Origin: an uncultured Acidobacteriota bacterium
Lineage (GTDB): Bacteria; Acidobacteriota; Thermoanaerobaculia; Multivoradales; UBA5704
Direction: 5' to 3'
DNA length: 64,000 nt
Assembly (NCBI GenBank): GCA_963700145.1
Contig: OY969474.1
Span: 4,192,001 to 4,256,000, forward strand
This document shows positions 28,959 through 38,322 of this stretch, in pieces (the first letter of the stretch is position 1; each line of letters opens with the position of its first letter). Below the pieces are notes generated by a model that did not search any database, was not told the origin of the DNA, and saw only the letters and a list, made by a program, of their open reading frames with translations. The translations under genes were made by a program, and so were the position numbers.

Positions 28959-28997
28959 TAGGAACTCCTTGATGCCTTCTCGGGATGACATCGATTC

Positions 28998-31148
28998 CTA
29001 GCCGAGGGCGCGGAGCTGTTCGGACTGCGGGTAGGCGCGGCGCGCGTAGCGCAGCAGGTCGGCGGCGCCGCGGGCGTCGCCCAGGACGCGCAAGGTCTCG
29101 ACCGCCGCCGCGTAGGCGGAGGCCGAGCGGTTCTCTTCGACCATCTGGCGGAGGACGCGCACCCCCTCCCGCGGGTTGCCGGAGCTGACGTAGAGGACCG
29201 CCAGGCGAGTGTGGGCGTCGAGGTTCTCGGGGTAGCGGCGCAGCTCTTCGAGGAACTCGCGCTTGGCCGCCTCCGCGCGGCCCTGGCGCGCCAGGACGTC
29301 GCCGTAGACCAGGTGGAAGCCGGCCGGGTCCTCGCGCTCCTCGCGGCGCGTCAGCTCCGCCTCGGCTTGCTGCACGAGGCCGAGCGCCTCGCCGACCTTG
29401 TCGCGCCGCGCCAGCACCTGGGCCAGGCCGACGAGCGGCTGCACCTGCGAGCCGCGCTCGCCGACCGCGGCGCGGGCGTGCCGCTCGGCGCCGTCGAAGT
29501 CCTTGGCGGCCAGCGCGATGTCGGCCAGCCGCCAGTGCGCCTGCGCCGGGCTCGACGCGAGCCCCAGCTCGGCGTGCTGCCGCGCCTCCTCCAGCCGTCC
29601 CATCTCCTGGTAGAGCGCGGCGAGGTTGAGGGCGAACTGCGTCGAGCTCCCCGACAGCCGGAGCGCCTCCTCGTAAGCCGCCGCGGCCTCGCCGAAGCGC
29701 CCCAGCCGCCAGTAGGAGAGCGCGAGCTGCTCGCGCGGGTCCTGCATGCGCGGGTTGTCGGCCAGGATGCGGAGGAGGATCGGGATCGCCTGCGCGTACT
29801 CCTTGCGGAAGAAGTGCTTGCCGGCGGTGGTCAGGTCGGCGAGGACGTGGAGCTGGGTCTTGGGGTCGGGCAGCGCCCCCTCGTCGGCGCCGAGGGCGGG
29901 GCTCGCAAGGTACCCCAGCGCGGCGAGCTTCTGCGCCGTCTCCGGGTCCACCTCTTCGGGTTTGGCGAGCGGCTTGGCGAAGCGCTCGACCTCCTCGCGC
30001 AGGGCCGCGTAGGTCCGCCGCTCGCGGGTCAGGATGTTGGTCTTCTCGCCGGGGTCGGCGGCGAGGTCGTAGAGCTCCGGGGTGGGGGCCTGGATGAAGT
30101 GCCGGTCGCCGCGGATGACGGAGGTCAGCTCGCTCCACCCCATGTGCTGGCGCGCGAACCAGGTCTCGGCGTAGATCGGCCGCGGCGCGGTCTCCACCGC
30201 GAGGTCGAGGAGTGGCGTGCCCTTGGCCGCCGCCGGGACCGCGCCGCCGACCAGCCGCAGCACGGTCGGCAGCACGTCCACGAGCTGCGCCGGCGCCGCC
30301 ACCGTCTCGCCCGCCCGCTTGGCGCCGGGGAGCTTGACCAGCAGCGGCACCTGCAGCGTCTCGCGGTAGAGGAAGATGCCGTGCTCGTCCTCGCCGTGGT
30401 CGCCGAGGCCCTCGCCGTGGTCGGAGAGCAGGACGACGAGCGCCTGGTCGTAGACCCCCAGCTCCTTGAGCCGCGCGACGAGGCGGCCGACGATGGCGTC
30501 GGCGGCGGCGACGTCACCGTCGTACTTGTTGGCGTAGCGCGAGGCGAAGGGCTCGGGCGGCGCGTACGGGGTGTGGGGCTCGTAGAGATGGAAGAAGAGG
30601 AAGAACTTGCCCTTGGCGACGCCGTCCAGCCAGCCGCTCGCCAGGCGCAGGGTCTCGCTGCCCGGACGCTGCTGGCCGCCCAAGGGGGCGCCGCGCTTGG
30701 TTTCGATGGAGTCTTCGTAGTAGTCGAAGCCGGGGCCGAGGCCGGTCTGGCCGCGGAGGACGAAGCTCGAGACGGCGCCGCCGGTCGAGTAGCCGAGTTT
30801 TTTGAGCTCGCGCGGCAGGAAGGGGACTTTTTCGAGGTCTAAGGTGTAGCCGGTGTTGTCGCGGACGCCGTGGTCGGGGGGGAGGAGGCCGGTGAGGATG
30901 GAGGCGTGGGAGGGGAGGGTCAAGGGGTAGTGGCTGTAGGCCTTCTCGAAGAGGACGGCGTCACGGCGGAGGGCGTCGATGGCTGGGGTTTGGACGCCCT
31001 GGTAGCCGTAGGCGGGGAGGTGGTCGGAACGGAGGGTGTCGATCGAGATGAGGACGACGGGGGCGCCGGGGAAGGATTCGCCGCCGCCGATGCGGCCGCA
31101 GGCGGCGGTGAGGAGGACCAAGAGGAAGAAGGCTAGGCGTCGGGTCAT
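28998..31148 (-). CDS. Lipoprotein: sulfatase/alkaline-phosphatase-superfamily domain + TPRs
   Basis: Lipobox TAAC; LISIDTLRSDH, PLTLPSHASILTG, HLYEPH, SDHGE, HG; C-terminal TPRs. Confidence 0.88.
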   Translation of the reverse strand: MTRRLAFFLLVLLTAACGRIGGGESFPGAPVVLISIDTLRSDHLPAYGYQGVQTPAIDALRRDAVLFEKAYSHYPLTLPSHASILTGLLPPDHGVRDNTGYTLDLEKVPFLPRELKKLGYSTGGAVSSFVLRGQTGLGPGFDYYEDSIETKRGAPLGGQQRPGSETLRLASGWLDGVAKGKFFLFFHLYEPHTPYAPPEPFASRYANKYDGDVAAADAIVGRLVARLKELGVYDQALVVLLSDHGEGLGDHGEDEHGIFLYRETLQVPLLVKLPGAKRAGETVAAPAQLVDVLPTVLRLVGGAVPAAAKGTPLLDLAVETAPRPIYAETWFARQHMGWSELTSVIRGDRHFIQAPTPELYDLAADPGEKTNILTRERRTYAALREEVERFAKPLAKPEEVDPETAQKLAALGYLASPALGADEGALPDPKTQLHVLADLTTAGKHFFRKEYAQAIPILLRILADNPRMQDPREQLALSYWRLGRFGEAAAAYEEALRLSGSSTQFALNLAALYQEMGRLEEARQHAELGLASSPAQAHWRLADIALAAKDFDGAERHARAAVGERGSQVQPLVGLAQVLARRDKVGEALGLVQQAEAELTRREEREDPAGFHLVYGDVLARQGRAEAAKREFLEELRRYPENLDAHTRLAVLYVSSGNPREGVRVLRQMVEENRSASAYAAAVETLRVLGDARGAADLLRYARRAYPQSEQLRALG

Positions 31149-31232
31149 GGGATCGACTGCTGCTGTGGATTCGCGTTGGCGGGGGACGAAGAATACCACC
31201 AGATGCCGTCCAGATGCCGTCGTTCCGGTGTG

Positions 31233-31400
31233 GGGGCCGGGAGGCTCCCCTCCGCGCCGGGCGCTCCTTTGTGTCCGCGCTTCGCGTGCCGGCACAGAGG
31301 GGTGGTGGCGGCAAACGCGGCGGTGGCTCCGGCGCCTCGCACGGTGGACTGCCGGGGGGAGCGGACGGAGCGCCCGGTGCTCCAGGGACCTCCCGGCCCC
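31233..31400 (+). other. Roughly 170-nt long-range stem-loop element (MITE-like or structured RNA candidate)
   Basis: GGGGCCGGGAGG pairs with CCTCCCGGCCCC; GCGCCGGGCGCTCC pairs with GGAGCGCCCGGTGC; an inner hairpin CTTTGTG..TTCG..CACAGAG. Confidence 0.5.
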
Positions 31401-31441
31401 GGGACCGGTGGTGGAGCCCTTGCGGGAGTGAGCTCCCTCCT

Positions 31442-31469
31442 TGTCATCCCGAGCGCAGCCGAGGGATCT
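31442..31469. repeat. Degenerate TGTCATCCCGAG-type palindromic intergenic repeat
   Basis: TGTCATCCCGAGCGCAGCCGAGGGATCT; the reverse-complement 12-mer CTCGGGATGACA also occurs at 28979-28990. Confidence 0.5.
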
Positions 31470-31503
31470 GGGCGGGGGGAGCCTGCGGTATCCTCCGCCT
31501 CCG

Positions 31504-32463
31504 ATGTTCGGCAGGACGATTTGCGCGCTCTTTCTCACCTGTGTAATGGCCGCCGCGGCCGTTGCTCAGGACGCCGCCGCGCTGCGCGAAGCAGGGGAGC
31601 GGCGGATTGCGGCTCGGGAGTATTCGGCGGCGATCCTGGTGCTGGAGAAGGCGGTGGCGTTGGAGCCTCAGGGGGCGGCGGGGCATGCTGCGCTGGGGCG
31701 GGCGCTGGCGCTGGAGAGGCGGTTTGCGGAGGGGGCGGAGCATTTGCGGCGGGCGATCGCGCTGGGGGATCCGCGGATCGCCACGCGGCTCTATCTCGGC
31801 GCGGCGCTCTGGGAGTCGGGGCAGGTGGAGGCGGCGGAGCGGGTGTTCCGGGCTGCGACGGACGAGAGCGGTGGGGCCGTCCAGGCCTTGCACCAGCTCG
31901 CAAGGTTGCTCCTCTGGCAGGGGCGGCACGCCGACGCGCTGCCGCTTCTCGAGCGCGCCGCGCGGATGACGCCGGACGCGGTCGAGATGCAGTGGGACCT
32001 CGCCCGCGCTTATCAGGAGACCGGGCGCCACGCCGACGCGGTCGCGGTCTACCGGCGGCTGCTGGCGCAAGAGCCGGAGCTGGCGCAGGCGCGTTATGCG
32101 CTGGGGCTTCTCCTGCAGCGGACCGGCGACGCCGAGGGGGCGCGGCGGGAGCTGGCGGAGTACGCGCGGCTGCACGCCGAGGAGAAGGCGCGGACGCACC
32201 GCGAGGGGCTCGAGCGGGCGCGGCTGGACGAAGGGTGGCGGCTGCTCTCGGAGAAGAAGGCGGGGGAGGCGCTGGAGCACTTCCAGAAGATCTCGGGGTG
32301 GGAGGCGCTCTCCGGCCAGGCGGCGGCGCTCACCGCGCTCGGGCGGCACGCCGAGGCGGTGCAGGCGCTGGAGCGCGCGGTGATTCTCGCCCCGGAGCGG
32401 GAGGAGCTGCGGTTGTCGCTGGCCGAGGCGCGCCAAGCCGCCGAGAAGCGTTCAGGGAAGTGA
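31504..32463 (+). CDS. Secreted TPR protein
   Basis: Signal MFGRTICALFLTCVMAAAAVA; TPR units; TGATG coupling to the next gene. Confidence 0.82.
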   Translation: MFGRTICALFLTCVMAAAAVAQDAAALREAGERRIAAREYSAAILVLEKAVALEPQGAAGHAALGRALALERRFAEGAEHLRRAIALGDPRIATRLYLGAALWESGQVEAAERVFRAATDESGGAVQALHQLARLLLWQGRHADALPLLERAARMTPDAVEMQWDLARAYQETGRHADAVAVYRRLLAQEPELAQARYALGLLLQRTGDAEGARRELAEYARLHAEEKARTHREGLERARLDEGWRLLSEKKAGEALEHFQKISGWEALSGQAAALTALGRHAEAVQALERAVILAPEREELRLSLAEARQAAEKRSGK

Positions 32464-34157
32464 TGGTGGCTGTCCGCGCGCGTCAAGCGGCCTTCGCCGT
32501 CGCCCTCTCCGCCGTCGCCTCGCTGTCGCCCGCGGCGGCGGCCGCGCCGCCCGAATCCCCGCTCACCTGCCCCGGCGTCGCGCTGACCGAGGTCACCGCC
32601 GCGGCCGGGGTCGACTTCCGCCACCGCTCCGGCGCCTCGCCGCTCAAGCACCTGCCCGAGACGATGGGCGCCGGCCTCGCCTGGCTCGACTACGACGGCG
32701 ACGGCTGGCTCGACCTCTACCTCGTGCAGTCCGGACCCTTCCCGCCGGACGGCTCGGCCGCGGCCGCCAACCGCCTCTTCCGCGGCCGCGGCCCCGACGC
32801 CGCGGGGCGCGTGACCTTCGAGCCGGTGGCGAACGACGGCGGCGCCGGCGGCCGCGAGTACGGGCAGGGCGTGGTGGCGGCCGACGTCGAGGGGGACGGC
32901 GACGTGGACCTCCTGGTCACCAACTTCGGGCGCGATGCCTTGCTCTTGAACGGCGGGGACGGCCGCTTCGCGCCGGCGCCGGAGGCGAGCGGGCTCGGCC
33001 GCCACCCCGGCTGGAGCTCCTCGGCCGCCTTCGCCGACGGCGACGGCGACGGCGACCTCGACCTCTACGTAGCCCGCTACGTCGAGTACGACCCGGCGCG
33101 GCCGCTCTTCTGCGGCGACGCCAAGAGCGGCCGCCGCGAGTACTGCGACCCCTCGCTCTTCACCGGCTCGACCGACCTCTATTTCCGCAACGGCGGCGGC
33201 GGCGCCTTCGCCGAGGCGGCGCGCGAGGCCGGACTGGCCGACCCGCTGGGCAAGGGCCTCGGCGTCCTCTTCCTCGACCTCGACGGCGACCTGCGGCCGG
33301 AGGTCTACGTCGCCAACGACCAGACGATCAACCTGCTCTTCGCCAACCGGGGCGGCGGGCGCTTCGAGGACGTCTCGCTGCTCTCCGGCACCGCGGTCAA
33401 CCGCGACGGCATGGCCGAGGCGGGGATGGGGCTCGCCGCCGCCGACTTCGACGGCGACGGCGACGCCGACCTCGCGGTCACCAACTTCGACTTCGAGACC
33501 AACACCCTCTACCGCAACCTCGGCGGCCTGCAGTTCGAGGACGACTCGGCGGAGACCGCCTTCGGGCCGCCGTCGCTCAACCTCCTCGGCTTCGGCCTCG
33601 CGGCCCTCGACCTCGACCTCGACGGCGACCTCGACTACTACATCGCCAACGGCCACGTCTTCGAGCGCCCGCCGCGCCAGGGGGTGACCTACGAGCAGCC
33701 GAGCCTCGTGATGTTCGGCGACGGGCGCGGCCGCTTCACCGCCACGACCTGCCCGGTCTACGGCGGCGGCCGCCCGGGGCTCGGGCGCGGCCTCGCCGCC
33801 GCCGACTACGACAACGACGGCGACCCCGACCTCGGCATCCAGAACAACGACCGGCCGCTGGCCCTGCTGCGCAACGACGCCAAGCCGGCGGCCGGCTGGG
33901 TGGGCGTGGCGCTGCGCGGGCGCGGCGGCAACAGCGAAGGGATCGGGGCGGTGGTGCGCCTCGTCACCAGCGCGGGAATCCAGTCGCGCTGGGTGCTGGC
34001 GGGGGAGAGCTACCTCTCCTCGGGCGACAAGCGGGCGCTCTTCGCCCTGCCGGCCGGCGCGCGGGCGGAGGCGGTCGAGGTGACCTGGCCTTCCGGCGCC
34101 CGCCAACGGGTGGAGGCACCGCCCGCCGGGCGCTACCTGACGCTCGTCGAGCCCTAG
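32463..34157 (+). CDS. CRTAC1-family protein (FG-GAP + ASPIC/UnbV), copy 2
   Basis: Signal peptide; LPETMGAG, DYDGDGWLDLY, GRGLAAADYDNDGDPD, GIGA, SYLSS, VTWPSG. Confidence 0.9.
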   Translation: MVAVRARQAAFAVALSAVASLSPAAAAAPPESPLTCPGVALTEVTAAAGVDFRHRSGASPLKHLPETMGAGLAWLDYDGDGWLDLYLVQSGPFPPDGSAAAANRLFRGRGPDAAGRVTFEPVANDGGAGGREYGQGVVAADVEGDGDVDLLVTNFGRDALLLNGGDGRFAPAPEASGLGRHPGWSSSAAFADGDGDGDLDLYVARYVEYDPARPLFCGDAKSGRREYCDPSLFTGSTDLYFRNGGGGAFAEAAREAGLADPLGKGLGVLFLDLDGDLRPEVYVANDQTINLLFANRGGGRFEDVSLLSGTAVNRDGMAEAGMGLAAADFDGDGDADLAVTNFDFETNTLYRNLGGLQFEDDSAETAFGPPSLNLLGFGLAALDLDLDGDLDYYIANGHVFERPPRQGVTYEQPSLVMFGDGRGRFTATTCPVYGGGRPGLGRGLAAADYDNDGDPDLGIQNNDRPLALLRNDAKPAAGWVGVALRGRGGNSEGIGAVVRLVTSAGIQSRWVLAGESYLSSGDKRALFALPAGARAEAVEVTWPSGARQRVEAPPAGRYLTLVEP

Positions 34158-36133
34158 CCGCCCGTCGCGGCCGGCTCGACGACTTCCAGCGTCCCGTTCA
34201 CCTTCACCTGGCTCCCCGGCACCGTCTGCTTCTCGCCGGAAGGCCAGACGACCTCGACCTTCTCGACCGCGGCGGCGTCGCCGAGGCCGAAGTAGAGCGG
34301 CATCACGCTCTGCGACAGGTACCCCGACTTGCCGTCCTGCTGCCGCGTCTGGGTCTTGCCGCCGGCGGTCACCTTGACCAGGGCGCCGAGGCCGTCGCGG
34401 TTGGAGCGCGTGCCGCGCAGCTCGACCTCCAGCCAGCGCAGGCCGGGCTTGCGCTCGGCCAAGTCGCTGATGAAGACCTGCGGCTCGGAGTTGAAGTCGC
34501 TGGTGACGATGTCGAGGTCGCCGTCGCGGTCGAGGTCGAAGAGCGCCGAGGCGCGGCTGCCCAGCGTCGCCAGGACCTCCGTCGTGCCCGTCGCGTCCTT
34601 GCACAGGTCGAGCGCCTTGTCCGCGCCGGCGCAGTCGAAGGTCATCCACGGCGTGTGCGTGCGGCCGCCGCGGCGCGGCTCGACGCCGACGACGAACTCG
34701 GCGTCGAGGAACTTCTCGCCGCGGTCGTTGAGCAGCAGCGAGTTGATGCCGTAGCGGAAGGGGTAGTTCATGCTGGAGGTGATGAAGACGTCCTCGAAGC
34801 CGTCGGCGTTGAGGTCCCCGACGCTCAGCCCCCACGGCCAGTAGTTCTCCAGCCCCATGCCGTCCGACAGCTCGACGAACTTCCCCTCCCCCAGGTTCTT
34901 GTAGAAGGAGTTGCCCCAGACGTTCTTGCCGTCGTCGGGGATGTTCGGCGGGGTGACCTTGAGCTTCTCCTCGTCGGGGGCGAAGACGCGCGACATGTCG
35001 GAGTGCATGTCGGTGATCAGGAGGTCGAGCAGGCCGTCGTTGTCGTGGTCGAACCACTTGATCCCCATCGCCCCCCACGAGGTCTTCGGGAAGTGCGCCG
35101 CGGTGCGGTCGACGAAGCGCTTGCCGCCCTCGTTCTCCAGGTAGTGGTTGTGCCCCTGCATGTTGAGGACGTAGAGGTCGGGCCAGAGGTCGCCGTCCCA
35201 GTCGACCGGGCTGGCGTCGCCGGCCCAGCCCTCGTCCGGGATGCCGGCCGCCTCCGTCACGTCCGCGAAGCGGAGATTGCCGGAGTTGCGGTAGAGGCGG
35301 GAGAGCTCGGTGCGGTCGGGGAAGTTGTGGCTCGAGAAGGCGTCGGCGCGGCCGACGTAAAAGCCGCCGCGGCCGACCTCCTCGACCGTGTACTTGCCGA
35401 CGTTGACCAGGAAGACGTCGAGCAGGCCGTCGCGGTCGTAGTCGAAGAAGACCGACCCCGAGGAGTGGCCGACGTAGCCGAGGCCCGACTGCGCGGTGAC
35501 GTCCTTGAACTTGCCCTTGCCGTCGTTCTCGTAGAGGACGTTGCCCTTGCGCACGGTGGTGACGTAGAGGTCGGCGTCGCCGTCGTTGTCCATGTCGGCG
35601 AAGGCGCCGGCGACGCTGATGCGGTCGGGCATCGCCACGCCGGCCTCGGCGGTGACGTCCTTGAACTTGCCGCCGCCCAGGTTCTTCCACAGCTCGTTGT
35701 CGCCGAGCTGGGAGAGGAAGTAGAGGTCGAGCAGGCCGTCGCCGTCCACGTCGGCCACCAGCAGGCCGTTGCCGTGGTCGTAGTGGACCGCCTTGTAGGT
35801 CTTGCCGGCGTCGTCGACGATCTCGTGCTTGAAGGTGATGCCGCTCTCGGGCTGGCGGTCGGTGTAGCGGAAGTCGTGGAAGACCTTCCAGCCCTTGGCC
35901 GCCGCGACCTGCGCGTCGCGCCGCGCCGGCAGGCTGGCCACCCCGGCGTCGACCGGCGGATGGAGGATCTGCTTCGGCTTCGCGTCCGGCGCCGCCGGCG
36001 CCGCCGGAGCGGGCTGGGCGGGGGTGCCGTGGTCGTGCTGGCGGGCGGAGAGCGCGCCGGGCAGGGCGCAGAGCGCCAGCGCACAGGCGAGCGGGAGCGA
36101 GAGGCGACGCAGGGAAAGCTGGTCAGGATGCAT
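34154..36133 (-). CDS. CRTAC1-family protein (FG-GAP + ASPIC/UnbV), copy 3, divergent subtype
   Basis: Signal peptide; DVDGDGLLDLY, DMDNDGDADLY, SNRDGLGA, GYLSQS..LYFGLG, VVWPSG. Confidence 0.9.
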   Translation of the reverse strand: MHPDQLSLRRLSLPLACALALCALPGALSARQHDHGTPAQPAPAAPAAPDAKPKQILHPPVDAGVASLPARRDAQVAAAKGWKVFHDFRYTDRQPESGITFKHEIVDDAGKTYKAVHYDHGNGLLVADVDGDGLLDLYFLSQLGDNELWKNLGGGKFKDVTAEAGVAMPDRISVAGAFADMDNDGDADLYVTTVRKGNVLYENDGKGKFKDVTAQSGLGYVGHSSGSVFFDYDRDGLLDVFLVNVGKYTVEEVGRGGFYVGRADAFSSHNFPDRTELSRLYRNSGNLRFADVTEAAGIPDEGWAGDASPVDWDGDLWPDLYVLNMQGHNHYLENEGGKRFVDRTAAHFPKTSWGAMGIKWFDHDNDGLLDLLITDMHSDMSRVFAPDEEKLKVTPPNIPDDGKNVWGNSFYKNLGEGKFVELSDGMGLENYWPWGLSVGDLNADGFEDVFITSSMNYPFRYGINSLLLNDRGEKFLDAEFVVGVEPRRGGRTHTPWMTFDCAGADKALDLCKDATGTTEVLATLGSRASALFDLDRDGDLDIVTSDFNSEPQVFISDLAERKPGLRWLEVELRGTRSNRDGLGALVKVTAGGKTQTRQQDGKSGYLSQSVMPLYFGLGDAAAVEKVEVVWPSGEKQTVPGSQVKVNGTLEVVEPAATGG

Positions 36134-36222
36134 TGCTGGGGGTCCTCCGGAAAGCGGCGTGACAGCCTAGCACCTCGCGCCCGCGCGGCGCTAGGCGCGA
36201 AGGCCTTCGCGCCGGGCTCCGA

Positions 36223-38322
36223 TCAATGACCGCCGAGGCCGCGGAGCAGGCGCCGCGCCTCGGCGAGATCGGCGGCGAAGCGGGGCGCGGGGGCGGTGGC
36301 GAGGAACCGCTCGAGGGCGGCGCGGGCCTTCGCCCGCTCGCCGGTGCGGGCCGCGACGACGCCGAGGTTGTAGAGGGCGTCGAACTGCCGCGGATCGAGC
36401 GCCGCCGAGCGCTCCCAGGCGGCCAAGGCGGCGGGCACCTCGCCGAGCTGGTAGCGGGCGACGCCGAGCGTGTTCCAGGCGATCGGCAGCCCGGGGTTGG
36501 CGGCGAGCGCGCGTTCGAGGTGCGCCGCGGCCTGCCTCGGCCGCCCGGCGGCGAGCGCCACGGCACCCAGGCTCTCCAGGGCCTTGACGTTCCCCGGGTC
36601 GCGCGCCAGCACCCGCTCGAGCTCCGCCTGCGCCTCGGCGAGCCGCCCGCCGGTGTAGTAGGCGGCGGCGAGCGCGTTCATCGCCTCCAGGTCCTCGCCC
36701 GGCGCGGCCACCGGCGCGAGGACGCGCACCGCCTCCTCCGCCCGTCCATGCTCGGCGAGCGCGAGGCCGAGCTCGCGCACCAGGGTCGGCGTCGCCGCGC
36801 CGTGCGCCAGCGCTTCCTCGAGCACGGCGACCGCCTCGCCCACGCGCTCCTGCTGGCGCAGGATGAGCGCCAGGTGCTCGTAGCCGGCGCTCATCTCGGG
36901 GCGCGCCGCCACCACCTCGCGCGCCAGCGCGGCGGCGGCGGCGAGGTCGCCGCGCGAGTAGAGGTCCACCACTTGATGGAGCTGGCGGTCGAGCGCGACC
37001 AGGCGCTTGGGGTCGTCCTCGGCGGTGAAGCGCGTCTTGCCGCCGGCGGACCCCGCGAGGTAGCCGAGGCTGCGCAGGCGCGCCGCCTCGTCCCCCGAGA
37101 CCGCGCCCCCCTTCGGCGGCCACACCGCCTCCCGCGGCAGCGCCGCGCGCAGGGCATGGACCGTCCGCCGCTGGCGCTCGACCAAGTTGCGACTCTCGGC
37201 CGGGTCGGCGGCGAGGTCGTAGAGCTCGGGCAGCGGCAGCTCGATCAGCTTGTCCGTGCCGCCCAGGACGCCGCGCAGCGGCGCCCAGCCGCGGTTGAGG
37301 TAGGGCGACAGCGCCTCGAAGTAGAGCTGCCGGCCGGCCGGCCCCGGCGGCCCCAGGAGCGACCGTCCGGGGAGCCCCGCCGGGGCCTCGACGCCGACCG
37401 CGGCGAGGAGCGTCGGCAGCAGGTCCACGTGCCCCGCCGCCCGGCGGTCGGTTCCGGGCTCGACGCCGGCACCCCAGAGGACCAGCGGCACCTTGAGCGT
37501 CGCCTCGTAGGCGAAGAGCCCGTGGCTCACCTCGCCGTGGTCCCCCAGAGCCTCGCCGTGGTCGGCGGTGACGGCGACGAGCGCCGGCTCCTCCTCGCCG
37601 GCGAGGAAGGGCGCGAGCAGCGGCGCGAGGTACGCGTCCGTCGCCGCCACCTCGCCGAGGTAGCGGTCGGCGGCGTAGCGGGAAGCGAAGGGCTCCGGCG
37701 GCGCGTACGGCGCGTGCGGGTCGTAGAGGTGGACCCAGAGGAAGCGCTTCTTGCCGGCGTTGGCGCGCCACCAGGCGAGGGCGGGCGCCACTACCTGATC
37801 GCCGGGGCGCTCGGCGATGACGAAGGCGGTGGGGGCCGACCCCTCGGGGTAGCGGTCGTCGTAGACGTCGAAGCCGCGGCCGAGGCCGAAACGGGCGTCG
37901 AGCGGGAAGGCGGCGACGAAGGCGGCGGTGGCGTAGCCCGCGCCGCGGAGCAGCGTGGCGAGGGTGGGGAAGCGGGGGGCGAGCGTGAAGCCGCTGTTGT
38001 CGCGCACCCCGTGCTGGTGCGGGTAGAGGCCGGTGAGGATGTTGGCGTGCGAGGGGAGGGTCACCACGTTGTGGGCGTGGGCCTCCGGGTAGGTCCGCCC
38101 GGCGGCGGCGAGGGCGTCGAGGGTAGGGGTCTCGACCCCGCGGTTGCCGGCGAAGCCGAGGGCGTCGTGGCGGAGAGTGTCGAGGGTGACGAGGACGACG
38201 TCGGCGCCGCGCGCGGAGCCCGTGCCGGGGCCCGCGCGCCCCGCCAGGAGCCACCACACCCCGCCGCCGGCCAGCGCCGCGAGGAGCAGCGCGGCCGGCG
38301 CCAGGGTGCGGCGTCTCATCAC
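36223..38322 (-). CDS. Membrane-anchored sulfatase-fold + TPR protein, copy 2
   Basis: LVTLDTLRHD, VVTLPSHANILTG, HLYDPH, ADHGE; TPR tail. Confidence 0.88.
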   Translation of the reverse strand: MMRRRTLAPAALLLAALAGGGVWWLLAGRAGPGTGSARGADVVLVTLDTLRHDALGFAGNRGVETPTLDALAAAGRTYPEAHAHNVVTLPSHANILTGLYPHQHGVRDNSGFTLAPRFPTLATLLRGAGYATAAFVAAFPLDARFGLGRGFDVYDDRYPEGSAPTAFVIAERPGDQVVAPALAWWRANAGKKRFLWVHLYDPHAPYAPPEPFASRYAADRYLGEVAATDAYLAPLLAPFLAGEEEPALVAVTADHGEALGDHGEVSHGLFAYEATLKVPLVLWGAGVEPGTDRRAAGHVDLLPTLLAAVGVEAPAGLPGRSLLGPPGPAGRQLYFEALSPYLNRGWAPLRGVLGGTDKLIELPLPELYDLAADPAESRNLVERQRRTVHALRAALPREAVWPPKGGAVSGDEAARLRSLGYLAGSAGGKTRFTAEDDPKRLVALDRQLHQVVDLYSRGDLAAAAALAREVVAARPEMSAGYEHLALILRQQERVGEAVAVLEEALAHGAATPTLVRELGLALAEHGRAEEAVRVLAPVAAPGEDLEAMNALAAAYYTGGRLAEAQAELERVLARDPGNVKALESLGAVALAAGRPRQAAAHLERALAANPGLPIAWNTLGVARYQLGEVPAALAAWERSAALDPRQFDALYNLGVVAARTGERAKARAALERFLATAPAPRFAADLAEARRLLRGLGGH

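Noticed and set aside
28979-31453. CTCGGGATGACA / TGTCATCCCGAG as terminal inverted repeats of a transposon carrying the sulfatase gene
   Set aside because: Only 12 bp, oriented outward relative to the usual element, with no transposase; better explained as independent repeat remnants
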